Assembly (NCBI GenBank): GCA_038105345.1
Contig: JAYOCI010000002.1
Location: 1-48,110 of the forward strand
From: Rhodobiaceae bacterium
GTDB taxonomy: Bacteria > Pseudomonadota > Alphaproteobacteria > RS24
Length of the DNA: 48,110 bases
Reading direction: 5' to 3'
Part shown: positions 38,752 through 48,110 of the stretch, piece after piece
How the letters are laid out: each line of letters opens with the position of its first letter
Position numbering within the stretch: position 1 is the stretch's first letter
Program-made: the position numbers and the translations under genes
Notes under the pieces: model-generated
Databases searched by the model: none
Seen by the model: the letters and a program-made list of their open reading frames with translations, nothing else
Told to the model about the DNA's origin: nothing

Positions 38752-39698
38752 ATTTTGCGCAATAAAACGCGATCGATTTGGTGACTGCGGCTTTTGTGCA
38801 AAATCAAATCGGCGCGTCCGCGCGTTGGCAAAATATTTTCCAGCAAATTGGTCATATTAATGCGTCGCCAAATATCATGTGCGGTTTCGCGCGCCGCTTC
38901 ATCATCGAGGTCGGCATAGCGCCGGAAATAAGCCCCGGGTTCGCGAAAGGCGGTTTGGCGCAAAGACATGAAGCGCTCAATATACCATTCTTCAATGGTT
39001 TCCGCCTCGGCGTCGATATAGATGGAAAAGTCGAAATAATCAGAAACAAAGGGAATTTCATTGCCCTCTTTGGCCAGCGAGGCCGGCTGCAAAACATTCA
39101 GACCTTCAACAATCAAAATATCGGGTTGCGTCACCACAATGTCTTGCTCGGGCAAAATATCATAGGCTTCATGCGAATAGACCGGCGCTGTTACCTCTGG
39201 CTGGCCAGATTTCACTTGCGATAAAAACCGCCGCATATTGCGCAGGTCAAAGCTTTCGGGAAAGCCCTTGCGCTGCATCAGGCCGCGTTCTTCAAGAACC
39301 GCATTGGGGAATAAAAATCCATCCGTGGTGATCAGCTCGACCTTGGGGTGAGATGGCCAGCGCGCCAACATATCGCGCAAAATCCGTGAGGTGGTGCTTT
39401 TGCCAACCGCCACCGAACCAGCCACGCCGATAATAAATGGGACTTTTATCTCGCGCCCCAAAAACGCATTGGTCGCGCCATAGAGGTCTTGCGAGGCTTC
39501 GACATATAAATTGAGCAAGCGCGACAATGGCAGATAAATTTCTTCCACCTCATCAAGCGAGACGGTTTCACCGCGCCCGCGCAATTTCTCAAGCTCGCCC
39601 TCAGTCAGCGTGAGTTCTGCGTCTTTGCGTAAACGCCCCCATTCGGCAGCCGTGAAGGAGCGATAAGGAGACACGTCTTTTGAATTTTCGCCAAACAT
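38748..39698 (-). CDS. coaA: type I pantothenate kinase
   Basis: Walker [13 protein letters not shown] at full CoaA length. Confidence 0.94.
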   Translation of the reverse strand: MFGENSKDVSPYRSFTAAEWGRLRKDAELTLTEGELEKLRGRGETVSLDEVEEIYLPLSRLLNLYVEASQDLYGATNAFLGREIKVPFIIGVAGSVAVGKSTTSRILRDMLARWPSHPKVELITTDGFLFPNAVLEERGLMQRKGFPESFDLRNMRRFLSQVKSGQPEVTAPVYSHEAYDILPEQDIVVTQPDILIVEGLNVLQPASLAKEGNEIPFVSDYFDFSIYIDAEAETIEEWYIERFMSLRQTAFREPGAYFRRYADLDDEAARETAHDIWRRINMTNLLENILPTRGRADLILHKSRSHQIDRVLLRKI

Positions 39699-39702
39699 CG
39701 GC

Positions 39703-40026
39703 TTAGTCTTTTCCGCGCGCGGCTTTTTCAGCCAGACCTGAGCGCCCGCGTCGAGCGGCTAATTGATCCATGACCGCATCTAATGTGACATCGCGCGCCG
39801 CCAGAACCACCAGAAGGTGATACAACACATCGGCCGCCTCACCGATAAGCGCTTCATCATCTTCGCTCAACGCCGCCGTTAGCGCCTCAACCGCTTCTTC
39901 GCCTAGCTTGCGTGCCGCGCGTGGCAAATCAGCCAGCAATTGAGCCGAATAGCTTTCATCAGGCGAAGCGCCGCGCCGCGCCAGAATATCGGCGAATAAT
40001 TCATCTAATTGCGTTGTTTTGGTCAC
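39703..40026 (-). CDS. hisE: phosphoribosyl-ATP pyrophosphohydrolase
   Basis: 107-aa MazG-like HisE (EEAVEAL...[11 protein letters not shown]). The GTG start has AAAGGAA 6 nt upstream. Confidence 0.92.
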   Translation of the reverse strand: MTKTTQLDELFADILARRGASPDESYSAQLLADLPRAARKLGEEAVEALTAALSEDDEALIGEAADVLYHLLVVLAARDVTLDAVMDQLAARRGRSGLAEKAARGKD

Positions 40027-40058
40027 GACAAATTCCTTTCAGCCCTAGCCGTATCCGC

Positions 40059-40817
40059 TTATTGGCGAACTGGCAAGCCTGCCTGTGCCAGCGCCTGTTT
40101 GGCCTGAGCGATTGTGTAAGTTCCAAAGTGAAAAATCGACGCTGCGAGAACCGCACTTGCGTGCCCTTCGCGGACGCCATTGACCAAATCCTCAAGACAG
40201 CCAACGCCGCCCGAAGCGATTACCGGTATCGACACGGCATCTGCGACGCGCCGCGTCAGCTCCAAATCAAAACCTGATTTCGTGCCATCGCGATCCATTG
40301 AGGTCAGCAATATTTCACCGGCCCCGCGCGCCGCCATATCTTGCGCAAAACTAATCGCCTCAATGCCGGTCGGCTCACGACCACCATGGGTGAAAATCTC
40401 CCAGCGACCCTCATCGGTTTGCTTGGCGTCAATCGCCACCACAATACATTGCGAGCCAAATTTGGCGGCTGAAGCGGCAACCACATCGGGGTCGCGCACG
40501 GCGGCTGTGTTGAATGATACTTTATCGGCGCCGGCCAAAAGCAATTTGCGGACATCGGCTTCGCTGCGCACACCACCGCCAACAGTAACCGGCATAAAAC
40601 AATGTTCTGCGGTTTCACGCACCACGCCAATCAGCGTGTCGCGGTTTTCATGGCTGGCGCTAATATCAAGAAAGCAAAGCTCGTCAGCGCCGGCCTCATC
40701 ATAGGCACGCGCCGCCGCGACCGGATCGCCAGCATCGACCAGATCGACAAAATTCACGCCCTTAACCACGCGCCCATCATGCACGTCGAGGCAGGGAATA
40801 ATGCGCACTTTCAACAT
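40059..40817 (-). CDS. hisF: imidazole glycerol phosphate synthase, cyclase subunit
   Basis: RIIPCLDV...GADK...ASGGVG. The ATG shares 1 nt with the hisA stop. Confidence 0.96.
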   Translation of the reverse strand: MLKVRIIPCLDVHDGRVVKGVNFVDLVDAGDPVAAARAYDEAGADELCFLDISASHENRDTLIGVVRETAEHCFMPVTVGGGVRSEADVRKLLLAGADKVSFNTAAVRDPDVVAASAAKFGSQCIVVAIDAKQTDEGRWEIFTHGGREPTGIEAISFAQDMAARGAGEILLTSMDRDGTKSGFDLELTRRVADAVSIPVIASGGVGCLEDLVNGVREGHASAVLAASIFHFGTYTIAQAKQALAQAGLPVRQ

Positions 40818-41545
40818 TAGACAACACCATCCAAAGCCAAAGCGGCAGCCGCATCGAGGCGGCCATCATAAAGCGCGCGGCCAGAAATAGCGCCGACGAC
40901 GCCGTCGCTTTCGACTTTTTGTAAACCAAGCAAATCATCTATTCCGGCAAGGCCGCCTGAAGCGATAATCGGTATCGACGTGCCCCGCGCAAGCGCCGCA
41001 GTGGCCTCAATATTCACCCCTTTGAGCAAACCATCGCGGTCAATATCCGTGTAAATCACCGCCGCCACACCAGCGTCTTCAAATTGGCGGGTCAGTTCAT
41101 CGGCTTTTATTTCCGTCGCCTCAGCCCAACCTTCAACGGCAACGAAACCCTTACGCGCATCAACGCCGACGGCAATATGCCCGGGGAAAGCCTTGCAAGC
41201 GTCATAGACCAATTGCGGATTGCGCAAGGCGGCGGTTCCCAAAATCACCCGATCCACGCCAGCGCCAAGCCAACTCTCAATGGTTGCCATATCGCGAATG
41301 CCGCCGCCCAATTGAATGGTCAGTTTGCATTGCGCCAAGATATCTTCCACAGCGGCACGATTAACCGGCGCGCCGGCAAAGGCACCATCGAGATCAATAA
41401 TATGCAAATGCGAAAACCCTTGCGCCTCAAATTGCGCCGCTTGGGCGGCTGGTTCATTGTTGAACACAGTGGCCCGATCCATATCGCCTTGTTCGAGGCG
41501 CACGCATTGGCCGGCTTTGAGATCAATCGCAGGATATAAAATCAT
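40817..41545 (-). CDS. hisA: 1-(5-phosphoribosyl)-5-[(5-phosphoribosylamino)methylideneamino]imidazole-4-carboxamide isomerase
   Basis: [19 protein letters not shown] 41545 forms an ATGA overlap with the hisH stop; the ORF maximum is 41554. Confidence 0.95.
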   Translation of the reverse strand: MILYPAIDLKAGQCVRLEQGDMDRATVFNNEPAAQAAQFEAQGFSHLHIIDLDGAFAGAPVNRAAVEDILAQCKLTIQLGGGIRDMATIESWLGAGVDRVILGTAALRNPQLVYDACKAFPGHIAVGVDARKGFVAVEGWAEATEIKADELTRQFEDAGVAAVIYTDIDRDGLLKGVNIEATAALARGTSIPIIASGGLAGIDDLLGLQKVESDGVVGAISGRALYDGRLDAAAALALDGVV

Positions 41546-42177
41546 GGTTTCCATTCCAGAAAATTGGCAATCAATTGCAGCCCCGTCTGCTGGCTTTTTT
41601 CAGGGTGAAATTGGGTGCCACAAATTGTGTCGCACGCCAGAGCGGCGACCACAGGCGCGCCATAATCCGTTGTCGCGGCGATAACATTTTCAGCCACTGG
41701 CCGCGCCGCATAGCTATGCACGAAATAAGCGTCCTGCCCGTGCAATCCGGCAAACACCGGATGGGCGGTGGTGACGTTCAAATCATTCCACCCCATATGC
41801 GGCACTTTCAGCGTGTCAGGCACATCTAATGGCTGAACCGCGCCGTCAATCCAGCCCAGCCCCTGATGGGTGCCGCGCTCATGACCAGTGGCGCACATTA
41901 ATTGCATGCCGACACAAATGCCGAGAAACGGATAGGCTTGCTGACGAACCCTCTGATTGAGCGCATCTTCCATGCCAGCAATGGCGCGCAGTCCCTCGGC
42001 ACAATCGCCAAAAGCACCAACGCCCGGCAAAACAATATGATCGGCCTTGAGCACCTCATCTGGCGAGGCGGTGACGACAACTTGGCGGTTGCCGGAGAGG
42101 CTGGCGGCGACACGCGCGAAAGCCTTTTCCGCCGAACGCAAATTGCCCGACCCATAATCAATAATTGCAATGCTCAC
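41542..42177 (-). CDS. hisH: imidazole glycerol phosphate synthase, glutamine amidotransferase subunit
   Basis: Class-I GATase with GICVGMQL (Cys) and GTQFHPEKS. The GTG start has GGAGAG upstream. Confidence 0.95.
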   Translation of the reverse strand: MSIAIIDYGSGNLRSAEKAFARVAASLSGNRQVVVTASPDEVLKADHIVLPGVGAFGDCAEGLRAIAGMEDALNQRVRQQAYPFLGICVGMQLMCATGHERGTHQGLGWIDGAVQPLDVPDTLKVPHMGWNDLNVTTAHPVFAGLHGQDAYFVHSYAARPVAENVIAATTDYGAPVVAALACDTICGTQFHPEKSQQTGLQLIANFLEWKP

Positions 42178-42194
42178 GATGGCACTCTCCGGGC

Positions 42195-42794
42195 CTAGCT
42201 GCCCAAAACACCTTTGGTTGACGGAATGGCGTCTGCCTTGCGCGGATCAATTTCAATGGCTTGACGCAAAGCCCGCGCCAAGGCCTTGAAACAGCTCTCG
42301 ATAATATGGTGATTATTCTCGCCATAGAGATTTTCGACATGCAGGGTAATGCCCGCCGCTTGGGCAAAGGCTTGGAACCATTCTTTGAATAATTCCGTAT
42401 CCATATCACCCAATTTCGGCTTGCTGAAATCGACTTTCCAAATCAGATAGGGGCGCTGCGACACATCAAGTGAGACGCGCGAACATGTTTCATCCATCGG
42501 AATCGTGGCGCTGCCATAGCGCGTCAGGCCTTTGAAGTCGCCCAGCGCCTCGCACACGGCTTCGCCCAGAACAATGCCGGTGTCTTCCGTCGTGTGGTGA
42601 AAATCAATGTGCAAATCGCCAGAGGCCTTGACCGTCAAATCAATCAAAGAGTGGCGCGACAATTGTTCCAGCATATGATCGAGAAAACCGATGCCGGTGG
42701 AAATGTCATATTCGCCTGTGCCATCAAGATTAACGCTAACTGAAATTTGCGTTTCTTTTGTCTGGCGCGACCGTGTTGCTATTCGCTCGGACAT
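42195..42794 (-). CDS. hisB: imidazoleglycerol-phosphate dehydratase
   Basis: [10 protein letters not shown] and NNHHIIES motifs. GAGGAGGAA lies upstream of the ATG. Confidence 0.95.
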   Translation of the reverse strand: MSERIATRSRQTKETQISVSVNLDGTGEYDISTGIGFLDHMLEQLSRHSLIDLTVKASGDLHIDFHHTTEDTGIVLGEAVCEALGDFKGLTRYGSATIPMDETCSRVSLDVSQRPYLIWKVDFSKPKLGDMDTELFKEWFQAFAQAAGITLHVENLYGENNHHIIESCFKALARALRQAIEIDPRKADAIPSTKGVLGS

Positions 42795-42869
42795 AGTGCC
42801 GGTTCCTCCTCTACGCGTGATACGCTTTGCTTCACACCTTCTATCAAATTCGGCGTCAATTTCAAAGCA

Positions 42870-43430
42870 TTAGCGGCGTGATTTGCGCAATCGCATATAT
42901 ACTGCGCCATCGCCGCCATGGCTCGGGGCGGCTGGGCCGAAAGACACAATGTTTTGCGACAATGGCGGTTGCGCACACCATAGCGGCAATTCGCGGCGCA
43001 GAACCCCCTGACCGGCGACACCTTTGCCGGTGATGACCAGCACCCAAGTCAAACCGCGCTCGATACTGTGATAAATAAATTGCGTCAAAACCGCCTTGGC
43101 CTGCGCCGCTGTCATGCCGTGTAAGTCAAGCCGAGCCTCAATTTCCAGATGACCGCGGCCGAGGCGGCGACGGGCTTTATGCTCAATTTTCATATCCGGC
43201 TTCAGCGCCGGCGCGGGTTTTGCCGCCGGCTTGGTAGGCTGATAAGCACTCGATGACGCGCCCCGAATAGGTTTTTCTGAATGGCCCGCGGCGCGCTTTG
43301 ACGGCACGACTGATTTCAAGCTTTTGCCAATTTGGCGGCCTTTATGGCGCTTATCGAGCGGCGTTGTCTGGCTAATTATTTTTTGCCAAAGCGCGGCATC
43401 TGCGTCATCCTCACCCTTACCGCGAGACAT
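42870..43430 (-). CDS. Smr-domain (MutS2-like small nuclease domain) protein
   Basis: LDLHGMTAAQA...VITGKG Smr core. ATG 43430 lies 1 nt after the upstream stop; the ORF maximum is 43454. Confidence 0.85.
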   Translation of the reverse strand: MSRGKGEDDADAALWQKIISQTTPLDKRHKGRQIGKSLKSVVPSKRAAGHSEKPIRGASSSAYQPTKPAAKPAPALKPDMKIEHKARRRLGRGHLEIEARLDLHGMTAAQAKAVLTQFIYHSIERGLTWVLVITGKGVAGQGVLRRELPLWCAQPPLSQNIVSFGPAAPSHGGDGAVYMRLRKSRR

Positions 43431-43431
43431 T

Positions 43432-44121
43432 TTACCCTCCCGCTTGGGTCGCAACCAATCGCCAGTTCGGGTCGGCGCTCTTCAGCGGACGCTCAAAAGT
43501 CCATAAATCGACACTCGCCGCCGGCTCTGCATCGTCGCGCGGCGCCCCATTGTGCAAATAAGAAATCAATTCAGCGCGATAGCGCACATCGAGCTGAACA
43601 ATGCCATTTGCAATGCGGGCGTCTTCCAGCACTGGCCGATCAAGGCGGGTAATTTGCGTTTCTAATTGCTGGCCCTCGGCTTGCCGTGCACTGATGGCAT
43701 CTGCAAAACCGGCATATACATCATCACCCAGAAAATCGCGCACATCCTGCAAGCGCTCGCCAGCAAAGGCGGTTAAAATCATTTCATAGGCACGCGCGGC
43801 GCCATCAACAAATCGATCGGCATCAAAATCAGGGTCAGCGGCTTGAAAAAACGCCAAGCCTCGCCCTTCATTCGGGTCTTGCTCTGGTTCCTCAGCCGGC
43901 GTGTCTTCGACAAGGCGCAAATCAGGCTTGGGTTTTTTGTCTGCGGCAGCTGGCGCTGAGGCTTTTTTGCCAAAAGCCTCGCGGTTCAGCCCATAAGCGT
44001 CGCGCCGCGACTTGCCAGCATCTTCATCATTGCGCATGCCCAAAACACTGCGCAATTTTATGCCGACAAAAATCACGATAATTAGCAGAATTAAATTTAA
44101 CGGATCGATGGCGCACCTCAC
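43432..44121 (-). CDS. Tim44-like domain membrane protein
   Basis: N-terminal TM helix, a charged linker, and a Tim44-type C-terminal domain. The position next to fxsA/secB is typical for alphaproteobacteria. GTG start. Confidence 0.75.
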   Translation of the reverse strand: MRCAIDPLNLILLIIVIFVGIKLRSVLGMRNDEDAGKSRRDAYGLNREAFGKKASAPAAADKKPKPDLRLVEDTPAEEPEQDPNEGRGLAFFQAADPDFDADRFVDGAARAYEMILTAFAGERLQDVRDFLGDDVYAGFADAISARQAEGQQLETQITRLDRPVLEDARIANGIVQLDVRYRAELISYLHNGAPRDDAEPAASVDLWTFERPLKSADPNWRLVATQAGG

Positions 44122-44224
44122 TTGTCTTTCGCCCAGCTTAGTTCGATACTATGCCCAGTTTTAACCGAGATTGCAAAGCCCAGCTAGGCTACGCAGTGAC
44201 GCAGGCGCAACAGTGGAGCTGACT

Positions 44225-44704
44225 ATGAGTGGCCTCTTTCTTCTTATCCTTATCCTTCTGCCGATTGTTGAAATCAGCCTGCTTATCTATGTCGGCGGGA
44301 TTATTGGCCCGGGGGTGACGATTATGCTGATCATCGCCAGCGCCATACTCGGCCTGTCCACCATGCGGCGTCAGGGCATGACCACACTGGCCAGCGCCCA
44401 ACGCGCGCAAGCCGAGGGCCGCGCGCCTGTCGCCGAAGTCGGCCATGGTATTGTCATTTTAATGGCGGGCCTGTTTTTACTCATCCCAGGGTTTTTGACA
44501 GATGCCATTGGCTTGATGTTAATGTTTCGCCCAGTCCGCAGTCTGATTTTTGAAACCGCCTTGGTTTTGATTATTCCTTCGTTATTCGCCGGCTTTGGCA
44601 CGGCGGCCAATAATATGGCGGCCAAGGCCCGCGACCAAGACGACGACATTATTGAGGGCGATTATACAATTAATGATGACAATGATGACGATGAGCCGCA
44701 GTGA
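44225..44704 (+). CDS. fxsA: FxsA-family membrane protein
   Basis: IVEISLLIYVGG and PGFLTDAIGL motifs with an acidic tail. GGAG lies 7 nt upstream of ATG 44225; the ORF-track start at 44171 is a TTG extension. Confidence 0.88.
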   Translation: MSGLFLLILILLPIVEISLLIYVGGIIGPGVTIMLIIASAILGLSTMRRQGMTTLASAQRAQAEGRAPVAEVGHGIVILMAGLFLLIPGFLTDAIGLMLMFRPVRSLIFETALVLIIPSLFAGFGTAANNMAAKARDQDDDIIEGDYTINDDNDDDEPQ

Positions 44705-44784
44705 TGAATTGCGCCAGTGTTCAACAAATGTTAAGAGCTTGAGCTTAAGTTTTAGCCACCGACACGAATCTAAAGGAGTTATCC

Positions 44785-45279
44785 ATGAGCAATAAGAAAA
44801 AATCAGAAAATGTCGAAGCAGCAACCGAGGACACACAAAAAGCTGGCATGCAGGTGCTGGCGCAATATGTGCGCGATCTCTCATTTGAAAATCCGGGGGC
44901 ACCAAATTTCGCCGCCGCCAATAGCCCAAACGTTAATGTGACGGCAAATGTTGGGGCGCGCAAATTTTCAGACACGGATTACGAAGTCAGCCTGAAATTC
45001 AAAATCGAAGCTAAGATTGAAGACGATAAGGTGCAATTCATCGCCGAATTGGATTATTGCGGGGTTTTCCGCTTGGTCAATATTCCCGAGCAGGACAAGC
45101 GGCCCATTCTCTTGGTTGAAGCACCGCGTCAGCTTTTCCCTTTCGCCCGCCGCGTTCTGGCGGATTCGACACGCGATGGCGGCTACCCGCCGATCATGCT
45201 CGACCCGATTGATTTTATGGAATTATACCGCCAAGGCGAAAATCAACCGGCTCCGCAAGATGGTGAAAAAGTTAATTAA
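44785..45279 (+). CDS. secB: protein-export chaperone SecB
   Basis: [12 protein letters not shown] and [25 protein letters not shown] lies upstream. Confidence 0.95.
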   Translation: MSNKKKSENVEAATEDTQKAGMQVLAQYVRDLSFENPGAPNFAAANSPNVNVTANVGARKFSDTDYEVSLKFKIEAKIEDDKVQFIAELDYCGVFRLVNIPEQDKRPILLVEAPRQLFPFARRVLADSTRDGGYPPIMLDPIDFMELYRQGENQPAPQDGEKVN

Positions 45280-46004
45280 TCAACCTCTGGGCCATCTTCT
45301 TGAAGCCAAATAGCCCGCTGCGGCAGGTCTTGCAGAAATGCGATATGCGCACGCTTTTCCGCTTCACTCAAACGTGACGCCAAGGCTTGCGGCCGGCGGC
45401 GTTTGGGCTGGCGCGGTGACAGTGTCGGGCTGGATTGCGACGCATCGGCCTGATGCGCGTCATTGCCTGCGGCTTGGAATACCAAGCCTGATTGTCGGCC
45501 GCCCGTCAGCTCGAGATAAACACCGGCCAAAAGCTCGCTGTCAATCAAGGCGCCGTGCAAATCGCGGTTAGAATTATCGACGCCAAAGCGGCGACATAGC
45601 GCATCAAGGCTGGCCGGTGCGCCCGGATATTTATTGCGGGCCATGGTCAATGTATCTATGGCGCGGCTGTCGGGCAGTGTCGGCTTGCCAATTTTTTCCA
45701 ATTCGGCATTGAGAAACTTCATATCAAAATTGGCATTATGAATGACCAGAGGGTCATTGCCGATAAAGGCCAAAAAATCATCGGCGATTTGTGAAAACCG
45801 CGGCTTATCAGCCAAGAATTTGGCGCTCAGCCCATGCACTTTTTCAGCCGACGCCGGCATGTCGCGGTCGGGATTGATATAAACGTGATAGGTGTTTTCG
45901 GTCGGCAGGCGATTGATCAACTCAATACAGCCGATCTCGACAATGCGGTCGCCGCTGGCCGGATCAAAACCGGTGGTTTCCGTATCTAAAACAATCTCAC
46001 GCAA
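45276..46004 (-). CDS. dnaQ: DNA polymerase III subunit epsilon (3'-5' proofreading exonuclease)
   Basis: DEDDh motifs [14 protein letters not shown] and [10 protein letters not shown]. The TTG start has AAGGGA upstream. Confidence 0.94.
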   Translation of the reverse strand: MREIVLDTETTGFDPASGDRIVEIGCIELINRLPTENTYHVYINPDRDMPASAEKVHGLSAKFLADKPRFSQIADDFLAFIGNDPLVIHNANFDMKFLNAELEKIGKPTLPDSRAIDTLTMARNKYPGAPASLDALCRRFGVDNSNRDLHGALIDSELLAGVYLELTGGRQSGLVFQAAGNDAHQADASQSSPTLSPRQPKRRRPQALASRLSEAEKRAHIAFLQDLPQRAIWLQEDGPEVD

Positions 46005-46016
46005 TTTTTGTCCCTT

Positions 46017-46661
46017 TTATCCTTTGGCGCGCGCCTCATAGCGAGCTTTTCGCGCTTCATAAGCCCGACCCTCGCGACCCTGTAATTGTTTCATAATATC
46101 GCGCACCTGTCGGCGGGCATCTTCGACCGATATTGAGCTGTCCACAATAAAGTCGGCGCGCTGGCGCTTCTCAGCATCTGGCACTTGCTTGGCGAGAATA
46201 TCATTGAGGCGTTCTTCGCTCATACCGGGTCGCGCCAAAACGCGGGCCTTTTGAATTTCTGCCGGTGCGCTAACGACGACCGTGCAATCGACAAAACCAT
46301 CGCCGCCGGTTTCAAATAATAGCGGAATATCTAACAAGACAAATGCTGTGTTCCGTTGTATTTCGGCTTCGAGAAACTGCATTTGCGAGGCGCCCGCCAG
46401 CGGATGCACAATGGCTTCTAATTGTTTTAGCTTCTCAGCATCTTTCAACACCACTTGGCCCAAAATCGCCCGATCTACAGCGCCATCGACAATCGCCTCC
46501 GGACACAGAGCGCCAATCGGTTCCACCGCCGCGCCATTTTTTTCATACAGAGCATGAACCGCTGCATCAGCATCATAGCGCGGCACGCCCTCGTCTTCAA
46601 AAAGGCTGGCTGTCAGTGTTTTGCCCATGCCGATAGATCCGGTTAAGCCAATTAGAAACAT
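46017..46661 (-). CDS. coaE: dephospho-CoA kinase
   Basis: Walker A GLTGSIGMGKT. The ATG shares 1 nt with the aroE stop. Confidence 0.93.
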   Translation of the reverse strand: MFLIGLTGSIGMGKTLTASLFEDEGVPRYDADAAVHALYEKNGAAVEPIGALCPEAIVDGAVDRAILGQVVLKDAEKLKQLEAIVHPLAGASQMQFLEAEIQRNTAFVLLDIPLLFETGGDGFVDCTVVVSAPAEIQKARVLARPGMSEERLNDILAKQVPDAEKRQRADFIVDSSISVEDARRQVRDIMKQLQGREGRAYEARKARYEARAKG

Positions 46662-47521
46662 TATTTTTCTCCCAAATCGGCCATCAGCCGTGCCCGCAAG
46701 TCAGCGTCGACCGGCGGCTTGACCCCAAACCAAGTTTCAAAGGATAGCGCCGCTTGGTTCATCAACATGCCAAGACCATCAACCGCGCAATATCCGCCAG
46801 CCCGTGCCATGTTCAGCAGCGGCGTGTCGAGCGGCGTATAGACAATGTCACTCACCACCGCGCAAGAAGCCAATGTGTCGAGCGCCAACTCAAGTGGCGG
46901 GTGGCCGTCCATGCCGAGGCTGGTGGTGTTAACCAGAAGACCACAATCGGCCAGCCCGTCATGGCGCTGCGCCCAATCGACAATGGTGCATTGCGTGGGG
47001 CTATCGTCCAAAAGCGCCACCAATGGTTCGGCCCGCGCCCGCGTGCGATTGGCAAGTGTGATATGCGGCGTGCCAGCTTCGGCCAGGGCGACAATAATCG
47101 CCCGCGTCGCGCCGCCCGCGCCCAAAACCACCGCCGGTTTGCCGCGCCAATTTTTTTCTGCCGCATCCAGGGCCGCAACAAAACCAGCGCCATCTGTATT
47201 GCTGCCGATAATCTCGCCGTCCTCGAACAATAATGTGTTCACCGCGCCCAATTTCGCGGCGGCCGCATCGCAGCGGTCGACCGCGGCAAAAGCGGTTTCC
47301 TTGTGCGGAATGGTGACATTGGCGCCAACAAAACCAACCCGCACCATGGCCTCCAGCGCGCCGCGAAAATCAGCGTCTGGCGAAATCGGGCAGCGGTCAT
47401 ATTGTGCCGATAAGCCTAATTGTTCTATCCAACCATTGTGAATAAGCGGCGAGCGCGAATGCGTTACAGGCCAGCCGATAATGCCTGCCCGTTGGCGCTC
47501 TTGTGGGTCGTTCTGGCTCAT
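46661..47521 (-). CDS. aroE: shikimate dehydrogenase
   Basis: GANVTIPHK and GAGGATRA motifs. ATGA overlap with the maf stop. Confidence 0.94.
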   Translation of the reverse strand: MSQNDPQERQRAGIIGWPVTHSRSPLIHNGWIEQLGLSAQYDRCPISPDADFRGALEAMVRVGFVGANVTIPHKETAFAAVDRCDAAAAKLGAVNTLLFEDGEIIGSNTDGAGFVAALDAAEKNWRGKPAVVLGAGGATRAIIVALAEAGTPHITLANRTRARAEPLVALLDDSPTQCTIVDWAQRHDGLADCGLLVNTTSLGMDGHPPLELALDTLASCAVVSDIVYTPLDTPLLNMARAGGYCAVDGLGMLMNQAALSFETWFGVKPPVDADLRARLMADLGEK

Positions 47522-48105
47522 TGGCTCAGGCCACCATGGCGTCGCAATGCGCCCAGAAGCGGAAGCAGCGGCAAGCCGAGAGTTGAAAAATAATCGCCAT
47601 CAATGGCGTCAAATAAATGTGCCCCCAAGCCCTCAAGCTGATAACAGCCAACCGACGCCAATACCGCATCGCCAGCCTCGGCCAAATATAAATCGAGGAA
47701 GTCGTCGCTAAAATCGCGCACGCTCAAGGTTACGGTTTCGCAATGCTGCCAGAGCGTTTTGCCATTTTCCAAAACCACGACACCGCCAATCAGCTGATGT
47801 TTTTTGCCGCGGAAAAATTGCAAATTCTGCCGCGCCTCATCCAGTGAGCTTGGCTTGTCGAACAATCGGCCGTCACACAGCAGCAGTTGGTCGGCGCCAA
47901 TGACAAGACCCTCGGCCGAAACGGCAAGCGCTTTCGCCTCGGCCAAACCAATGGCAAGACCCGTCGGGTCGCCGCGATGTTGCTGCTTCAGCGCATCCTC
48001 ATCAACCCCCGATGGCGCAATGTCAAATTGCAAGCCGGCGCCGGATAATACAGTGGCGCGCACGACGCTTTTGGACGCCAGCGTGAGAGGTTTTGAGAGC
48101 TTCAT
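47518..48105 (-). CDS. maf: Maf-family nucleoside triphosphate pyrophosphatase
   Basis: 195 aa, LASKS... N-terminus and a Maf fold. It sits in the conserved maf-aroE-coaE-dnaQ order. Confidence 0.9.
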   Translation of the reverse strand: MKLSKPLTLASKSVVRATVLSGAGLQFDIAPSGVDEDALKQQHRGDPTGLAIGLAEAKALAVSAEGLVIGADQLLLCDGRLFDKPSSLDEARQNLQFFRGKKHQLIGGVVVLENGKTLWQHCETVTLSVRDFSDDFLDLYLAEAGDAVLASVGCYQLEGLGAHLFDAIDGDYFSTLGLPLLPLLGALRRHGGLSQ

Positions 48106-48110
48106 AATCG

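Noticed and set aside
1-48110. Search for mobile elements, CRISPR arrays, toxin-antitoxin, restriction-modification or other defence modules, and biosynthetic clusters
   Set aside because: Every ORF of meaningful size is accounted for by a housekeeping family in conserved synteny. I noticed no integrase, transposase or phage genes, no direct-repeat arrays, and no obvious compositional island.

Overview
This 48.1-kb window is densely packed housekeeping chromosome. Gene content and synteny are typical of a free-living alphaproteobacterium. Minus-strand block 1-18848: metK, XRE-HTH, lnt-corC-ybeY-phoH-miaB, plsC-like, fur, rimI-tsaB, nitroreductase, nfu, usp, trpS, murJ, glnD, mutS. The rest, in order: maeB; yifB-gshB-yraN-rsmI; lpoA-like; hemW-rdgB-rph; hrcA-grpE; alkB; dnaK-dnaJ-dapB-gpmA; DUF2244; nth and adenosine kinase; coaA-hisE-hisF-hisA-hisH-hisB; Smr and Tim44-like; fxsA-secB; dnaQ-coaE-aroE-maf. 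I call 51 protein-coding loci. metK is cut by the window edge. lnt and dnaJ are each interrupted by a single in-frame stop codon. I see no rRNA, tRNA or other recognisable RNA gene, no CRISPR array, no transposase, integrase or phage gene, and no defence or accessory island. My hand tally from the coordinates gives only about 1.8-1.9 kb (about 4%) non-coding. I do not find a convincing novel multi-gene system here; this looks like ordinary core genome. The points most worth a second look are: (1) substitution-type nonsense codons in two otherwise intact, conserved genes (lnt TAG, dnaJ TAA); (2) extreme compaction, with all six convergent gene junctions having a gap of 1 nt or less, or overlapping; (3) a contiguous hrcA-grpE / alkB / dnaK-dnaJ heat-shock neighbourhood with a sigma-32-like promoter; (4) several small RNA or promoter-level features (metK leader, trpS-usp hairpin, possible leaderless starts). 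All promoter and RNA-structure calls are by-eye and low confidence.
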